DNA from: the human T2T-CHM13v2.0 reference genome, Homo sapiens
Length of the DNA: 64,000 nucleotides
Assembly: GCF_009914755.1 (NCBI RefSeq)
Contig: NC_060932.1
Strand: one strand, 5' to 3'
Shown one piece after another: positions 25,921-38,845 of the stretch. Both the position numbers and the translations under genes were made by a program. The notes under the pieces were generated by a model. That model ran no database searches. It was not told the origin of the DNA and saw nothing but the letters and a program-made list of their open reading frames with translations. Numbering within the stretch: the stretch's first letter is position 1; every line of letters starts with the position of its first letter.

Positions 25921-27804
25921 TGCTTAGCTATTTTAGCTTAGCTTTAACCTCTTTCTGTTATATATTTTCTAAGATACTACCTTTTTGTTTGTGGTCTTCT
26001 TTAATCAGCACAATTGCTTTATATATATTTTGAGTTATTGTCTGTTGTTACCATAATCTCAGCAAATTTAGATGGTCTGTATGATTCTTTGTGAGTTGTG
26101 CCTTCTCTGCTTCTCCACCAAACTTGCTCACTTGGTTCTCTTATTGTAACAAAGAAGGGTGATAGCTTTTGCACTTTAGATCATGAACCTCACATTTAGG
26201 AAGTGTGTCGTTGCTGATGTTTTCTGAGATTTGACATGCTAGACCTTCTTTTCACTTCCTCCCATCTCCACATTTGCCTTCTACCAAACTCAGTTTTGGC
26301 AGCCTTTTTATATATTTGTGAATTTTAGCTGCCTCTTAGTTTAACTAAATATGGAACTTACTGGCTTTAAGAAATGATTCTTGATGTTTTTAAACTGTGA
26401 TTTCTTTGAAGAGAAGTATAAAATGCCGATTATTTTATTATGTTCATATAAGAAATGCTTATTCCTTGTTTTTGACTGTTTTGATTCTTATTAGAATTCT
26501 CTAGAAAGCATATTGGGCAAATTTCCTAATTTTTTAATGTTTTGAGCTTTCTGAAGTAAGAGTATTTGGGGCTTTCATTCCAGGAGTAGGGATAAAAGTT
26601 TGTTGAATCAACCACCCTCTTTCATTGAGTCTCTTATGAAAGAGTTGCCTAGAGAGAGAAATGTGAAGACTATGAAAATACAATTCACATCTAAAGAAAT
26701 TTTGTTTTGTTATTGGGAGAAGTACTGCCAGATCTTACTAATGTTCTTGCTTTATAGAAAGCAATGTTTATTTATGATAATATAACATTACATCAGAGAT
26801 AGAAGGAACCACAGATCCATCTTGCCTAATACATCAATTGAAAGATGAAGAAACTGAGTAAAGAGTCTGAAATAGACTTGATCCACAGTTCGAAGGCCAC
26901 AGTGTGGACCAGAAGAAGGTCACATGTAAAAGTAAGTCGGAAGATCTAGGGAAAGTCAGGTTCTAAGACTGTCCAGACTGCATATACCAGTGGGCAGGAC
27001 AACTGTGTGTATTACAAGTTTGCCTACATAGCCACCTCTTTCTTCATCTTACCTTTGAAAGCTAAAACAGTCAGCTGGATGAAGTAATGATCCTACATAG
27101 GAGGCAATGATTATACATAGGAGGAGCCCCGAGTGTTAATCTTGCTCTATTCTTCTCAAATGCATGCTCTAGTGTGTTAGTCTCTCAAGTCTCTTTTTAC
27201 TTGGAACTACTGAGGCAACCACAGCTTTACATCTGGGCTTGAAGGGTAAGTAAAGCTCCTTGTGCCTTTCCATGCTATGTGTTCTAAGCCCATGTCTCCA
27301 TCCAAAATAACCAAAGAGCTTATCACTGGAGTATCGGGCAAAAACCCACCTAATTATAATAAAGTGGCATTTCGTTTCTTATTTGCCACTTTCTCTTTTA
27401 CATACATCTACCTTTCTTAGAGACTTCATAAAAAAAGGTGGGTGGCCCTTGGGGGGATGTAGGTATTCATGGATTCTATAAAGACCATCAATAGTATCCC
27501 CAAACAAATTATCAGTACATTTCAGCTATCTGTTCCATTTCTCCCCATTTACCAAAGCTAGTTGAGAAATCTCTATTTTATCATCTATGTGTACAAGCAC
27601 AGTTTAGCAGGGCACTAGCAGAAATTATCTTCAACTTTAATTGTAGCCACGTAACTACTTAAGCAAAATCACATGTTTATCACTTCCTAATATCTTTAAG
27701 TGTTGTTTCAATCTGTGCCACAGATGTACTTTAAGATGTATTGTAGGCTGACCAGGCTGACTTTGGGAATGTTTGGATTATGATTGCATTAAGAGTGCAA
27801 GCAT

Positions 27805-28240
<436 letters not shown>

Positions 28241-28339
28241 TTACTTTTCTTTCCCTCTGTGCATTGTTGAAATCAGGGTTTCTTGATTTAAAAAAAAAAA
28301 ACAAAAAACAGTTTTGATCCAAACTTTTGAGGGTTAGAA

Positions 28340-28700
28340 TGAAAAGAATGTTTTAGGCAGAGGAAAGTATAGGCAGAGGAGTGCAAGTAAGTGGAAGGAT
28401 GAATTCAGGATCATCAAATGGCTTGTGTGGCTAGAAGTTCTGAACAGGGAGAGGAAATAGTTGGGGTGAGTCGGGATGGGAGATGGTAATGGGAATGGGC
28501 AAGGGCTTGGTTTTGAAAGATGTGGACTGACACATTAGGGATCATGGACATTATTCTTTGGACAATAAAACAGTATTACATGATTTTAAGAATGAGAGTG
28601 ATATGATTCAGTTCATATTCTGGAAAATTCATTCTTACTAAAATTTTGAGAATGGAATTAAAGGAGATAATATTGGACATAGAATTAATTTTGGAACTAT
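28340..28700 (-). mobile_element. L2 fragment
   Basis: TTTTAGGCAGAGGAAAG...GATTTTAAGAATGAGAGTGATATGATTCAG. Confidence 0.65.
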
Positions 28701-29586
28701 TTTGATAGAGGAATATGACATCAATGATGATGACAGCATGTCAGACACTGCTAATCATTTCCGGTACATTATGTGGGTTAATTCTCATCACAACTCTGAG
28801 ATAGAGAATATAATTTTCCCTGTTTTATGAATGAAGACATAGAGGTCACACAAAGGCGAAGAGGCTGAACTGAGATTCCACTTCAGTAGGTCAAACTGTA
28901 GAGGTTGAATGTATTCTGGAGTTCAAAACACACCGCCTGAAAAAAGCCAGTTCTGTAGCTCATAGATTGCTAGATCAGAAAAGCACCTATTCATTGTATT
29001 ATTTTGTTTCATCTGTTGACTCTTTCCAACTTTGATTAGCTTAAAATATATCATTTTTTTTTGCAAGGAAATTGTCGATATAAGTGAGGTAACTGACTTG
29101 ACACTGAAACTTCTCTTATGCATCCCTGGGAGGTTTCCTGTGGAGTTGCAAAGAAGAAGATGAAAATTTAATCCAGTAAAGATTTTCAAATGAAGGGGAT
29201 TCTTTCTCATATTTATAGAGACTTATGGAAAGTATTGTCCCAGAAGTGTTCTGAAATCCTTGAAGTCAAATGTAAGTCAAACAAATTATACTTAATAGTA
29301 GGGCTGATATTCTGCAAATATAGGAAATTTGGTCTGTTTTCCATTTCCATAAAAAAATAAATTAGTGCCCAGTGCTATCACTATTGGCTAAAAATAAGTT
29401 TCCTGAATGTTAGGTTCAAAAGGGGTTACATTTTAGATTATAAAATTAGAATACCATTTAGGCATTCAATTTTCACAGAAAATGAATTGTCTTTAACCTT
29501 TCAATAACTCTAGGATTTTGTTTCTTAAGATAAAATAAGGAATAGATTACTTTCTCAAAACACCTTAAAATAAATTAGGTTACTCG

Positions 29587-29691
29587 CTTTCCTTCTTCTC
29601 TCCCTGTTTTCCCTCTCCCTTCTTCTCTTCTCCCTTCTTTCCTCTCTTCCTTTCTTCTTTTTCTCCTTCTCGCTCTCCCTCCCTCTCTTTT
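29587..29691 (+). repeat. Polypyrimidine CT-rich tract
   Basis: About 105 bp almost entirely C and T. Confidence 0.9.
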
Positions 29692-30229
29692 TATTTAAGA
29701 ATTAACTAAAAGCCAGGGCAATTCATTTGAGGGGAAAAACAGCTCCTCTTTCTTCCTCCTTTCCCTGTAAAATCTGCTCACTGTTGACAGAATGTTGATT
29801 TAGAATTACATTAATTGACAGTGAAAGACTTCATATAATCCTGTTTATATGACCTCCAATAATGTTGAAAGATCAAATAAAAACCCTACTCTGGCAATTT
29901 TCCGAAGCCATCATAGACTGTAGCAGAAATGATTTAGATGAACGAACTTCCAGTTTCCACAAAATGTGAATTTGCATTTTATATGAAACCTGCCTCATCA
30001 GTCAACCAGCCTGCTCCAAAATGATGACTTCTGTTTGACCAAGTGCCTGCTTTTCTTTATAGGCAGTTTCAAGAAATCCTTAATTATTGTTCTTAACAAA
30101 CCGCATGTGCTGTTAACTTCTCTAGATGAATGATCACGAAGTTGTAGCGTCATTATTCAAGAGGGACACCAGTTTCAATGTCAGTGGCAACATCCTTCAC
30201 TAACACCCTTGGCAATAACCCTTAGTTTT

Positions 30230-30543
30230 GGCTGGGCCCGGTGTCTCACGCCTGTAATCCCAGCACTTTGGGAGGCTGAGGCAGGCGGATCACGAGGTCA
30301 GGAGATCGAGACCATCCTGGCCAACATGGTGAAATCCCGTCTCTACTAAAAAAAATACAAAAATTTAGCAGGGCGTGGTGGTGGGCACCTGTAGTCCCAA
30401 CTACTCGGGAGGCTGAGGCAGGAGAATGGCATGAATCTGGCAGGCGGAGCTTGCAGTGAGCCGAGATCCGCCACCGTACTCCAGCCTGGGCGACAGAGCG
30501 AGACTCTGAAAAAAAAAAAAAGAAAGAAAAAAAAAGAAAAAAA
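30230..30543 (+). mobile_element. AluY
   Basis: GAGATCGAGACCATCCTGG, GAGAATGGCATGAA and GGCGGAGCTTGCAGTGAGC diagnostics; many CpGs retained; 16-bp TSD AATAACCCTTAGTTTT. Confidence 0.97.
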
Positions 30544-32749
30544 AATAACCCTTAGTTTTAGCAGAGGTCATCTTAACCTTTTAACATGTAGATATTGAAT
30601 AAAAACTGAGTAAGGTCTCTGAAGGATGGTCTAAAAATGCATAATGGAATTTTAGAGAGTATTGACTTATATTTGACTTGGGGCACATCTTTTCTTCATT
30701 TTGTATGATCTATACATTTGCTTATGCTGTTTATATAACTTCAACATATTAAGCTGCTTATGTAACCTTCAACCTTTTCTCTTCTACTCTCGAAATAATA
30801 CCTTTGAGGGTCAGATGCTATTTTTTGTGTTGTCTTTGGAAAACAGAGTATAGTGTTCTATGGTCTGTCTTCAGGTTTCTTGAATGAAACTTTATTTCAT
30901 TCTCTTTACTCTTTACCTATGTGACATCTCAGGACTGCTTTTTGATGTAACAAGAAGTGCCATCATTTTGAAAACCAATTTAAAACTAGAGAAATAGACA
31001 TATTTTTGGTTGTGATTCCATGAATATGTTCTTATTGGTAATGTCCAATACTGAAGTTTCTGGATGCAGAGTTTGAACAGAACAGTATTTGGAACATATT
31101 AGATATCAAATAATATTTGCTTTATGGTTGAATAAATATGAAATCCTAGGGCTTTTTCTTTATTTACTTTTTCTACTTCCCAGACACTAAGTACTATCCT
31201 TGCATATAACAGAAAATTACTGTTTTTACACTTTCACCTAAATGTTTTCTTGCCCAATAAGCTGTGGCTAAAACCTATTCAAACTTACATTTACATCCCA
31301 AATACACTGGCTCGGGACAACCCCACCCACACTTTTGCTTGTTGGCTGCTCAATAAAAAATTTAAACCACTGTCAAAATGCCCCATTGTTTTGGAAAATT
31401 TTTAACAAGGTGTGTCACACTTGCCATCAAACTAGCCTCAGTTGTAAGTTCCATGCTGGATCCACCATGTTGTCCTCCTATCCTGGCTCCCTGTGGCTAG
31501 AAAAAAAAAAAAAAAGCAATCATGTTTGTAAAGTGACTCTAGAAGTTCCTCATTAAATATCTGTAAAATGAATAGTTGTTGCTTATGAGGCTACTTGAAG
31601 CCAGATCAATGCTGCCATTGATAACAGTGTCCATCTTTAGAACATCAACGTCAAGTCTACAGAGCTAGCTCTTAAAAGTCCTCCTCAGACATTTTGTCCT
31701 GCATCACTGGTCTGGATGGAAAATATACATAAACATATTACTTGGCAAATTTATTTAGCCTTGAATCTGTTTTTCTTGATGCATTTAAACTGATGGTGGA
31801 AGGAATTGATTGAACCCTGTAAAAAAGAGGGAGGCAGGTTGAAACATGTAAATTCAAGAATAAGAGCTGGTGCCAATAAAATGCTATGGCAAAACAAAGA
31901 CTATTTCACATCCTGTCATTCTGTGAGCAAAGGGATCTGGAGTAGATTGATTCAGAAATTGGAAAAGGGTGGAGAATGGGTTCAATCCACCAACCAGGAG
32001 TTCTGAAATTGAAAAAAAAAAAAAAGAGAGAGAGAGAGAAGTCTTTAGATGTGTACAAGTGTTCAAGAAGTTTTGGATTTCTGCTGGTTTGTTAGCCAAT
32101 AAAGATCTGGCACTGATCTTCCCCATCCTGGGAGCAATGAGGACCCACCCTGGCATCAGTGAAGGAGCACCATTTCCTGCAGGGATTGGCTCTGGTGTGC
32201 TAGGAACAAACAGTGCTAGGAATCAACAGCAAAATATGTGCAAATGAGATGGAAATAATGGAAGTCAGTGATGTGGGTGGCAGAGGGCCATTGTTTTAGA
32301 CAGAGTTGCAAGTGATTGAACAAATCTAGGGTGTGAGCCATGGAGATGTCTGGGAAAACAGTATTCTTGGTAGAAAGAATGTTATGTGTAAGAAACTCAA
32401 GGTGAGGGTGGTCATGGTTGAAATAATAGTGATCTCACAATCTTATGGGGCTATTGTGAGGATAGCATGTAGCAACATATGTGAAAGGGCCGGGACAATG
32501 GGGCTTAGTCATTTCTTAATAAATGAATGTGGAAAAATGAGAATTCACACTTGCTGATTTTTGAAGAAGTAAAACATAATAAATATATACCTACAGCCAG
32601 ATTATATGAAAAACAATTGAATCCTTCAATGATTCAAAAGCTGTACACTTCAGAATCTCATCAGAGTTGTCTCTCATTAGAGCTGATGTTGGCTGTCAAT
32701 GTTCAGAACTGTGGAAAGAAAGTCTGATTTATAAGAATCTGTAGCAGGT

Positions 32750-33052
32750 GGCCGGGCACAGTGACTCACATCTGTAATCCTGGCACTTTGGGAGGCCAAG
32801 GTAGCTGGATCATGAGGTCAAGAGATTGAGACCATCCTGGCCAACATGGGGAAACCTTGTCTCTACTAAAAAATACAAAAAATTTAGCCGGGCATGGTGT
32901 CAGGCACCTGTAGTCCCAGCTACTTCGGAGGCTGAGGCAGGGGACTCACTTGAACCCCAAAGGCAGAGGTTGCAGTGAGCCGAGATCGTGCCACTTCACT
33001 CCAGCCTGGTGACAGAGAGAGAGCAAGACTCTGCCTCAAAAAAAAAAAAAAA
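32750..33052 (+). mobile_element. AluSc-like
   Basis: GAGGTCAAGAGATTGAGACCATCC and CCTGGTGACAG; 17-bp TSD AAGAATCTGTAGCAGGT. Confidence 0.97.
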
Positions 33053-33112
33053 AAGAATCTGTAGCAGGTGTGGATTCTGAAGTAAGCAAAATCATGTCAT
33101 TTAGATCATTAT

Positions 33113-33490
33113 CATATTAGTCAGAGTACATAGGAGTAGCTGCTATAATAAGCAATCCCCTAAATGTTTTCTTCTCACCATATAATTCAGTGCAGATCTT
33201 GTTTGTCAGTTAACTCTTCTCCAAATGGTGATTCAAGGATGGAGCCTCTTGCCATTTTGCATTCCTGCCGTCTTCAACATGCAATCGTTGTAGAAAGAGA
33301 AGAGAAATATGAACATGCATATGAAACTCCTGGGAGGTGAGGGGCACCTCACCTATGCCTACATTCCATTGTCCAGACCCCTTATATGGCCCCACTAAGG
33401 TGCAAAGGGGCTAGAAAACATAGTTGTCCTCAATATCTGGGAGGAAGTAAAGTATTTGGTAAATACATAAGAACACAATTTCTGTGCACA
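33113..33490 (-). mobile_element. Old MLT1 (J/L-like) LTR
   Basis: ATATTAGTCAG...AGCTGCTATAATAAGCAATCCCC; GGTGATTCAAGGA; ACATTCCATTGTCCAGA; TGCAAAGGGGCTAGAAAACATAGT. Confidence 0.7.
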
Positions 33491-34463
33491 GACTTTATAG
33501 TCATTATCTCATTTACATCTGTGAGGTAGAAGCTATTATTTCAATTTATTTCCTGTGAGGGCACAGATAAAAGTTTATAGAACTAATGAGTGTCACACAA
33601 AGATCCTATCTCAGACCTATATGACGCTAAGCTAAGTATTTTTCCACTCAAATAGTAATAGTCACTAATTACTACCTTATACTTTGTTATAAGCAATAGG
33701 GTATAACATCAGAAAGGCTTGACAGAGCAGAGTCCTGGGGCATCTTTCTGCTGTGTCCTTCAGTAGCTTGGCAAATTTGGGAAACAACCCTGCATTCTCA
33801 CATGTCAGTTTCCTCATAAGAAATGGGACTACTCAATCCTCAAGTTCCCTCCTAAACTGAAAATTCATTTTTTTCTCATTTTTTAAAGTATGTCTATTGG
33901 AGAATTACTTCTATGTTCTTTTAATGGTCCTTACAGGTACTACAGAATATTGGAGAAAATGCTCCGTTAGAATTATATCCGTACAGAATACTCAGCACCT
34001 TCTAAATTCCCTGATCCTCTCTTCCTCTTGGAGAATTGTCCATTTGTGAGCAGACCCCACTGTCAAAGAGCAGCTGATTCCTGTTGGTTTAGGGAAGCGT
34101 CTAGTGTGACTTGTGTTCAGCAACCCCTTGTCTCTTTTCCAGAGCACCCTGGGAATATAACTTGCCAAATCGCTTTCACCCTAAAATTGGCATGAAATGT
34201 GCCCATTCGGGCTTCAGAGAGGCTTAACTAATAAAGCAGGAGGTTGCTGAGGAAAAGCAGATACTTGTGCTACTCAGGAATTCCATGTGCCAAGAACCCG
34301 CCCCTCCTGGCTCCCTGGGGGAAGCTGAGGTTTTACAGATTTAAAGTCAAAGCTGCAAGTATGGCCCTCAGCCAGCTTCCTGGAAAGGGAATAAAAGTCT
34401 CCATTAGAATTTTTTCCCACTTCTCTTCACCATCTCTTCTACATCTGGCTGGAGCAGAACTTG

Positions 34464-34545
34464 CTTTCTCCTCCTCTACTCCTCCTCCTCCTCCACTCCT
34501 CCTCCCCATCTTTCTCCTCCTCCTCCTCCTCCTTCTCTTCTTCTT
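34464..34545 (+). repeat. Imperfect (CCT)n trinucleotide repeat
   Basis: CTCCTCCTCTACTCCTCCTCCTCCTCCACTCCTCCTCCCC...CTCCTCCTCCTCCTCCTCCTT. Confidence 0.92.
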
Positions 34546-34904
34546 GTTTTGTCAGAAAAAAGGAGGCTGTTCTTTGTTCACAGGAATGACGAACAGTGGC
34601 AAGAAATGATGTCAAATGATAAAAATGCCACCAAGATAAGATGGTAATTTTTGCAAACCCGGGCCTGAAATGGGTGACAAGTTTTCAGAATGTACTTTTT
34701 AAAATTGTTTTTTCAGAATATTTCAAGTGCTGGGGATGCTAAGGATGAGGGGGAGACATCATCAGAACCAGCCAGGGAGAGCACTAGCTGGCTACAATTT
34801 TTCTGTAAGCCCAGGGTGGTCTAACCCTTTCATTCATTTATTTCAAACACTTTTATTGAGCACCTCTTCTATATCAGACATTGTGGCTGGTAACGGGACA
34901 ACAG

Positions 34905-35500
34905 CCGCTTAATGGTCCCCCTACTTCTTCTTGTTCCTTTTCACCCTTTAATCCAGTTTTCTTCCCATATAGAGGTCAAAATGTCCTTTTAAAATACAAA
35001 AATCAAAGGTCACTTGCCCAAGAAAAACCTTTCAACGGCTTTTCACTGCACTTACAACCATCAAAACTCTACCTGTCTCAGCTGTCAAAGCCCTGCCTGG
35101 CCTGGCCTTGTGTCTATTCTGTACTTATCTTGTCTCTTTCCAGACTCCCTGTTTCTTACCATTTTCCATCATACAAGCCTCCTCTTAATTCTTTGCACAC
35201 ATCACGTTCTTGCCAAAGCAGGACTTTTGTGCTTTCTATTCCTACTACCTGAATGTTCTAGGCCCAATTCACTGTGGGCCTGGATCCTTCTTTTCCTTTA
35301 GGTCCCTGCTTAAATTCTACCTCCTCCAAGAGCGATTTCTGACCACCTGTCTGTGCTGGTTGGCTTTGACCTATGTCCTATACTATATCGCTCATTTATT
35401 TTCCTTCCTAGGAGTTACCACAATCCATAATATTTAACTTGTTTATTTGTTTGTTTTCTGGCTCATTGACTATTTCCCCTATTAGAATGGAAGCTGTCTT
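34905..35500 (+). mobile_element. L2 3' fragment
   Basis: CCTTTTAAAATACAAAAATCA...AAACCTTTCAACGGCTTTTCACTGCAC...TTTAGGTCCCTGCTTAAAT...ATTAGAATGGAAGCT. Confidence 0.8.
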
Positions 35501-36554
35501 ACTTTTTCAATGTGCATACGGTGCCGAAGAAGGTCTAGGCAAAGCCTTGTCCCTGTTGCTGTCAAGCCACTAAGGAGACAGGTGTTTCAAGGCACAACCC
35601 AAATACAGGGAGAAGTGCTTAGGTGGCCAAGGAAGGCTTCACCAGTACAATGAATTTTGACCTGGGCTCTGAATACTGAGTGGTTTGCTGACGGAGAATG
35701 TGGGCTACAGCTTTTCCATGTGTTGAATAATGAAGGGAGTGTTTTGTGTGGTGTGCGGTGTGCAGCAGCTGAAGGAGGGAGAGAGATATTCGCAGACAGC
35801 TGCGGGCAGATCTCACAGCATTTGGATGATGCAAAGTGGAGAGTGTGTCAACCTCCCCTAATACCTTGAATCTAGGGAAAAAGTGTATTCCTCCAGCTGC
35901 TGACACTCAGTGAGAGAGTGACGCCTCTATTGAAAGTCGTCTCCTTGGTGTGCTTCTGAAGGAGAAGACTCCACTTAACTATAATTAATTTCTTGCCCTC
36001 AATATTGTCCCCAATTATATCCTTCACGTGACTTTAAACCCATGCTTGGGTATCTTCGAGCAATGTGGAAGAAAGGGACAAAGAAGACTTGCCATTTTTA
36101 TTTTATGCTTCATTAATGACTTTCAAATATGCCTTTCGAAGAAGAATCAAACTGTCATTACTGTTGGATTAAGGGCGGCTTAGAGTGATAGGATGGTGCA
36201 TATGCTTTTAGCAAGTCAGGATTGAGTCTGCTGCCCCAGAGTGGGCCTGAGTGCCCTGCAAGTGCAAAGTTCTGTGAGAACCACAGTGTGAATGGGAAGT
36301 CGTTGCTGCAGGATTTGCATTTTCTTCACAGAGGACCAGAGGTGGTAGAATAAACTGGGTCTGTCCCAAAATAGTAAACTGGAAGGTCAAAAAGGATTTT
36401 CCAGGATTTTATTTGGTATCATTACCTGTTAGCACTGACTGGTGAAAATTTGCTTTTTATGAAAGCCATTTAGGCAAACGAATGTGTTTTTGGAATTGCA
36501 AGTAGAGAGGCTGGCTAAGGAGAGTGAGGAAGTGTTACCCACTGGTTATTAGGT

Positions 36555-36790
36555 GAATTTGAATCAGACAGACCTGGGTTTGCTTTTTGGTTCTGTCCCA
36601 CTTCTAAGTTGTATAATTTTGGCAAAATTATATAACCTCTCTGAGCTCCGGTCTTTCTTTTGTAAAACTGGAGTAATAATTCTTATCACAGAGAATTATA
36701 AATGCTAAAGAGATAATGCACACAAGATGCTGAAGATTGTATCTGGAATACAGTACACATCCATATAGATTAGTGAATTATTATTCTTTG
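36555..36790 (+). mobile_element. MIR
   Basis: TTTGAATCAGACAGACCTGGGTTTG...TAACCTCTCTGAGCTCCGG...TGTAAAACTGGAGTAATAAT. Confidence 0.85.
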
Positions 36791-38379
36791 TTACTCCTAC
36801 TATTACTAGAATGATTTCTATATATATTTACTAGACTATAAAGTGTGCACAGGCAGAATCCATATCTAATTCCTTTTTTATCTCCCATAGCAGCACAATA
36901 ACTAGCACATAAATAGCTCTTGACAAATATTTATGGAATGATTTTTAATTATTAACACATTATCTTAAGTTATTAATACTTGCTTAGTGATATTAATTAT
37001 TATTAAATTATTTGTTCAAGAATCATTTGAATACATTCTTTTTTTTTCTCTTGTACTCATTTTTTTTTTAATGGATTTCAGCCAACCTCTATGGAAGAAG
37101 GAAGAGAGGGGGAAGCAATATTTTTATGTGGTTGAGAATAGGGGCTTTGGAACTAGCCAGTTGGATTAGAGTCCCTGCTATGTGGCTTTCTAGCCTCAGA
37201 TTTTTCATCTATATAATGGGATGATACTTACAATAGCTACAATCATATATAGCTCCTAGGTTTGTGGTGCTAAGTACTTAACCTATGTTATTTCATCAAG
37301 TCTTACAAACACCTTGTGAGGGGTGAACATACCAAGGTAAGACTGGATGAGAATAGCAAAGTGCCTGGTTCATAAAAGAGGCCCAATGTCAATTAGTTTC
37401 ATCTCCTTCTCCCTTCCTCCATTTACTAGACACTGAGGTGCAGACAGGTTCTGGACCAAACTGCTGACTGGCTGGGCTGGGCTTCCAAGTTCATCAGCTG
37501 AGTCCCAAATCCACGCCATTTCCACATGGCCCTTGAGTTTCCATCAGAGACAAGTGGGGAAGTTATCTTTGCATGTGTATGAACCCCTCTGTTTCTTAGC
37601 TAGAAGCCATCTTCATTTAGCTGTCTGGAGGCCTTGCAGAACGAGTCAGTCACATGCCTGCTCCAGGGCCATTTTCCAGGTGACAGAGACAAATGCCATA
37701 CTTGGCCAGGATATAAAGATCCTCCTGGACCAGCAGCCCCTATCAATGTACTTTGCCGTTTTGTCTATGAAGGAGCCAGCATTTCTGACCAGTAGCTTCT
37801 TTATGGGCAGTGGCTAGCTGTGCAATTGGTTTGAGGTCTCACTGAAGCTACTTTGCCTCTTTTTAAATAGCCAATGTTAGGGCATTGCTGAAAAGCCAGA
37901 GCTGAGTCACCTTCAATGCAAGCTTCTTTTGTGTCTGCAGCTTCTTGCCAGAGAGGCTCTATCTGATTTTCTGATGCAAGAAGCTGCAAGCTTCTTTCTC
38001 TGCCACAATGTCATCCTGTTGGCTGGCTCCATCCATAAAGTTCAACAAACCAGTTCAACCTGGAGAGAGAGAGGGAGAGAGAAGATTTAGACTCTAGGCT
38101 GAAACCTGAGTCCTCCAGGTAATGGCAAACAACTGCCATGACTAGGCAGAGTGAGAAAGTCTCATTTGTAATCTGCCTTCCTGCCTTCTCATCTTGCAGC
38201 TACTATTCATTTTTGAGCTGGAAGACTTTACCTCAAGCAAGAGTTTTGACTCCCTGCCTTAAGCCTTTGTTTCTGCATCTGTAAATTGATGACTATGATT
38301 GCTTAACTCACAAGATAGTTGGGGGACTAAATTATCTAACAGAAAAAAGGAACTCTCCCGGGCCCCTGACTGACACCTC

Positions 38380-38845
38380 AGACTGTGCTGGGCTCTTGTG
38401 TTGAATGCTTTCATTGGCCACTACATTCTCCCTCCTTAAAACCCTTCATCCAAATTATGCAATTCATTCTGCTTCTTGCTTTATATCTGTCATCCTTTCT
38501 AAAACATCCTTCCATTAGACTGGAAGCTGTTTTACTTTTTCACCAGTGAATAGGGTAACAAAGAAGGTCTAGGTAATGCCCTGTCCCTGTCACTGTCAAT
38601 CCACGAAAGAGGCAGATGTTCCAAGGCACAGCCCAAATTCAGGGTGATAATTTCAGTGCCAGAGGGAAGCAGGACATTATGGAAGAAGTGCTTAGATGGT
38701 CAGGGAAGGCTTTATCAATAAGGTGAAGAACAGGAGATCTAATTGTGTTGGGGCTACGTCAGGCTCACTCACTGCTCTATGTGGGCTATCTAGCTGAGAA
38801 CCTGGCAGCCATTTGGGGGTGCAATAAATATTTGTTGAATGATTA
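38380..38845 (+). mobile_element. L2 3' end containing a ~210-bp inserted segment
   Basis: TTCCATTAGACTGGAAGCT [insert] ...CTCACTGCTCTAT...CCTGGCA...CAATAAATATTTGTTGAATGA. Confidence 0.75.

Noticed and set aside
31501-31515. Orphan A15 tract as a possible retro-insertion
   Set aside because: No TSD or upstream element body; simple homopolymer
34244-34609. 121-aa ORF with poly-P and poly-L
   Set aside because: Translation of the (CCT)n repeat; non-ATG start
35657-35869. 70-aa protein-like ORF (MTWALNTEWF...)
   Set aside because: Lies in decayed antisense L2; non-ATG start; no recognisable family
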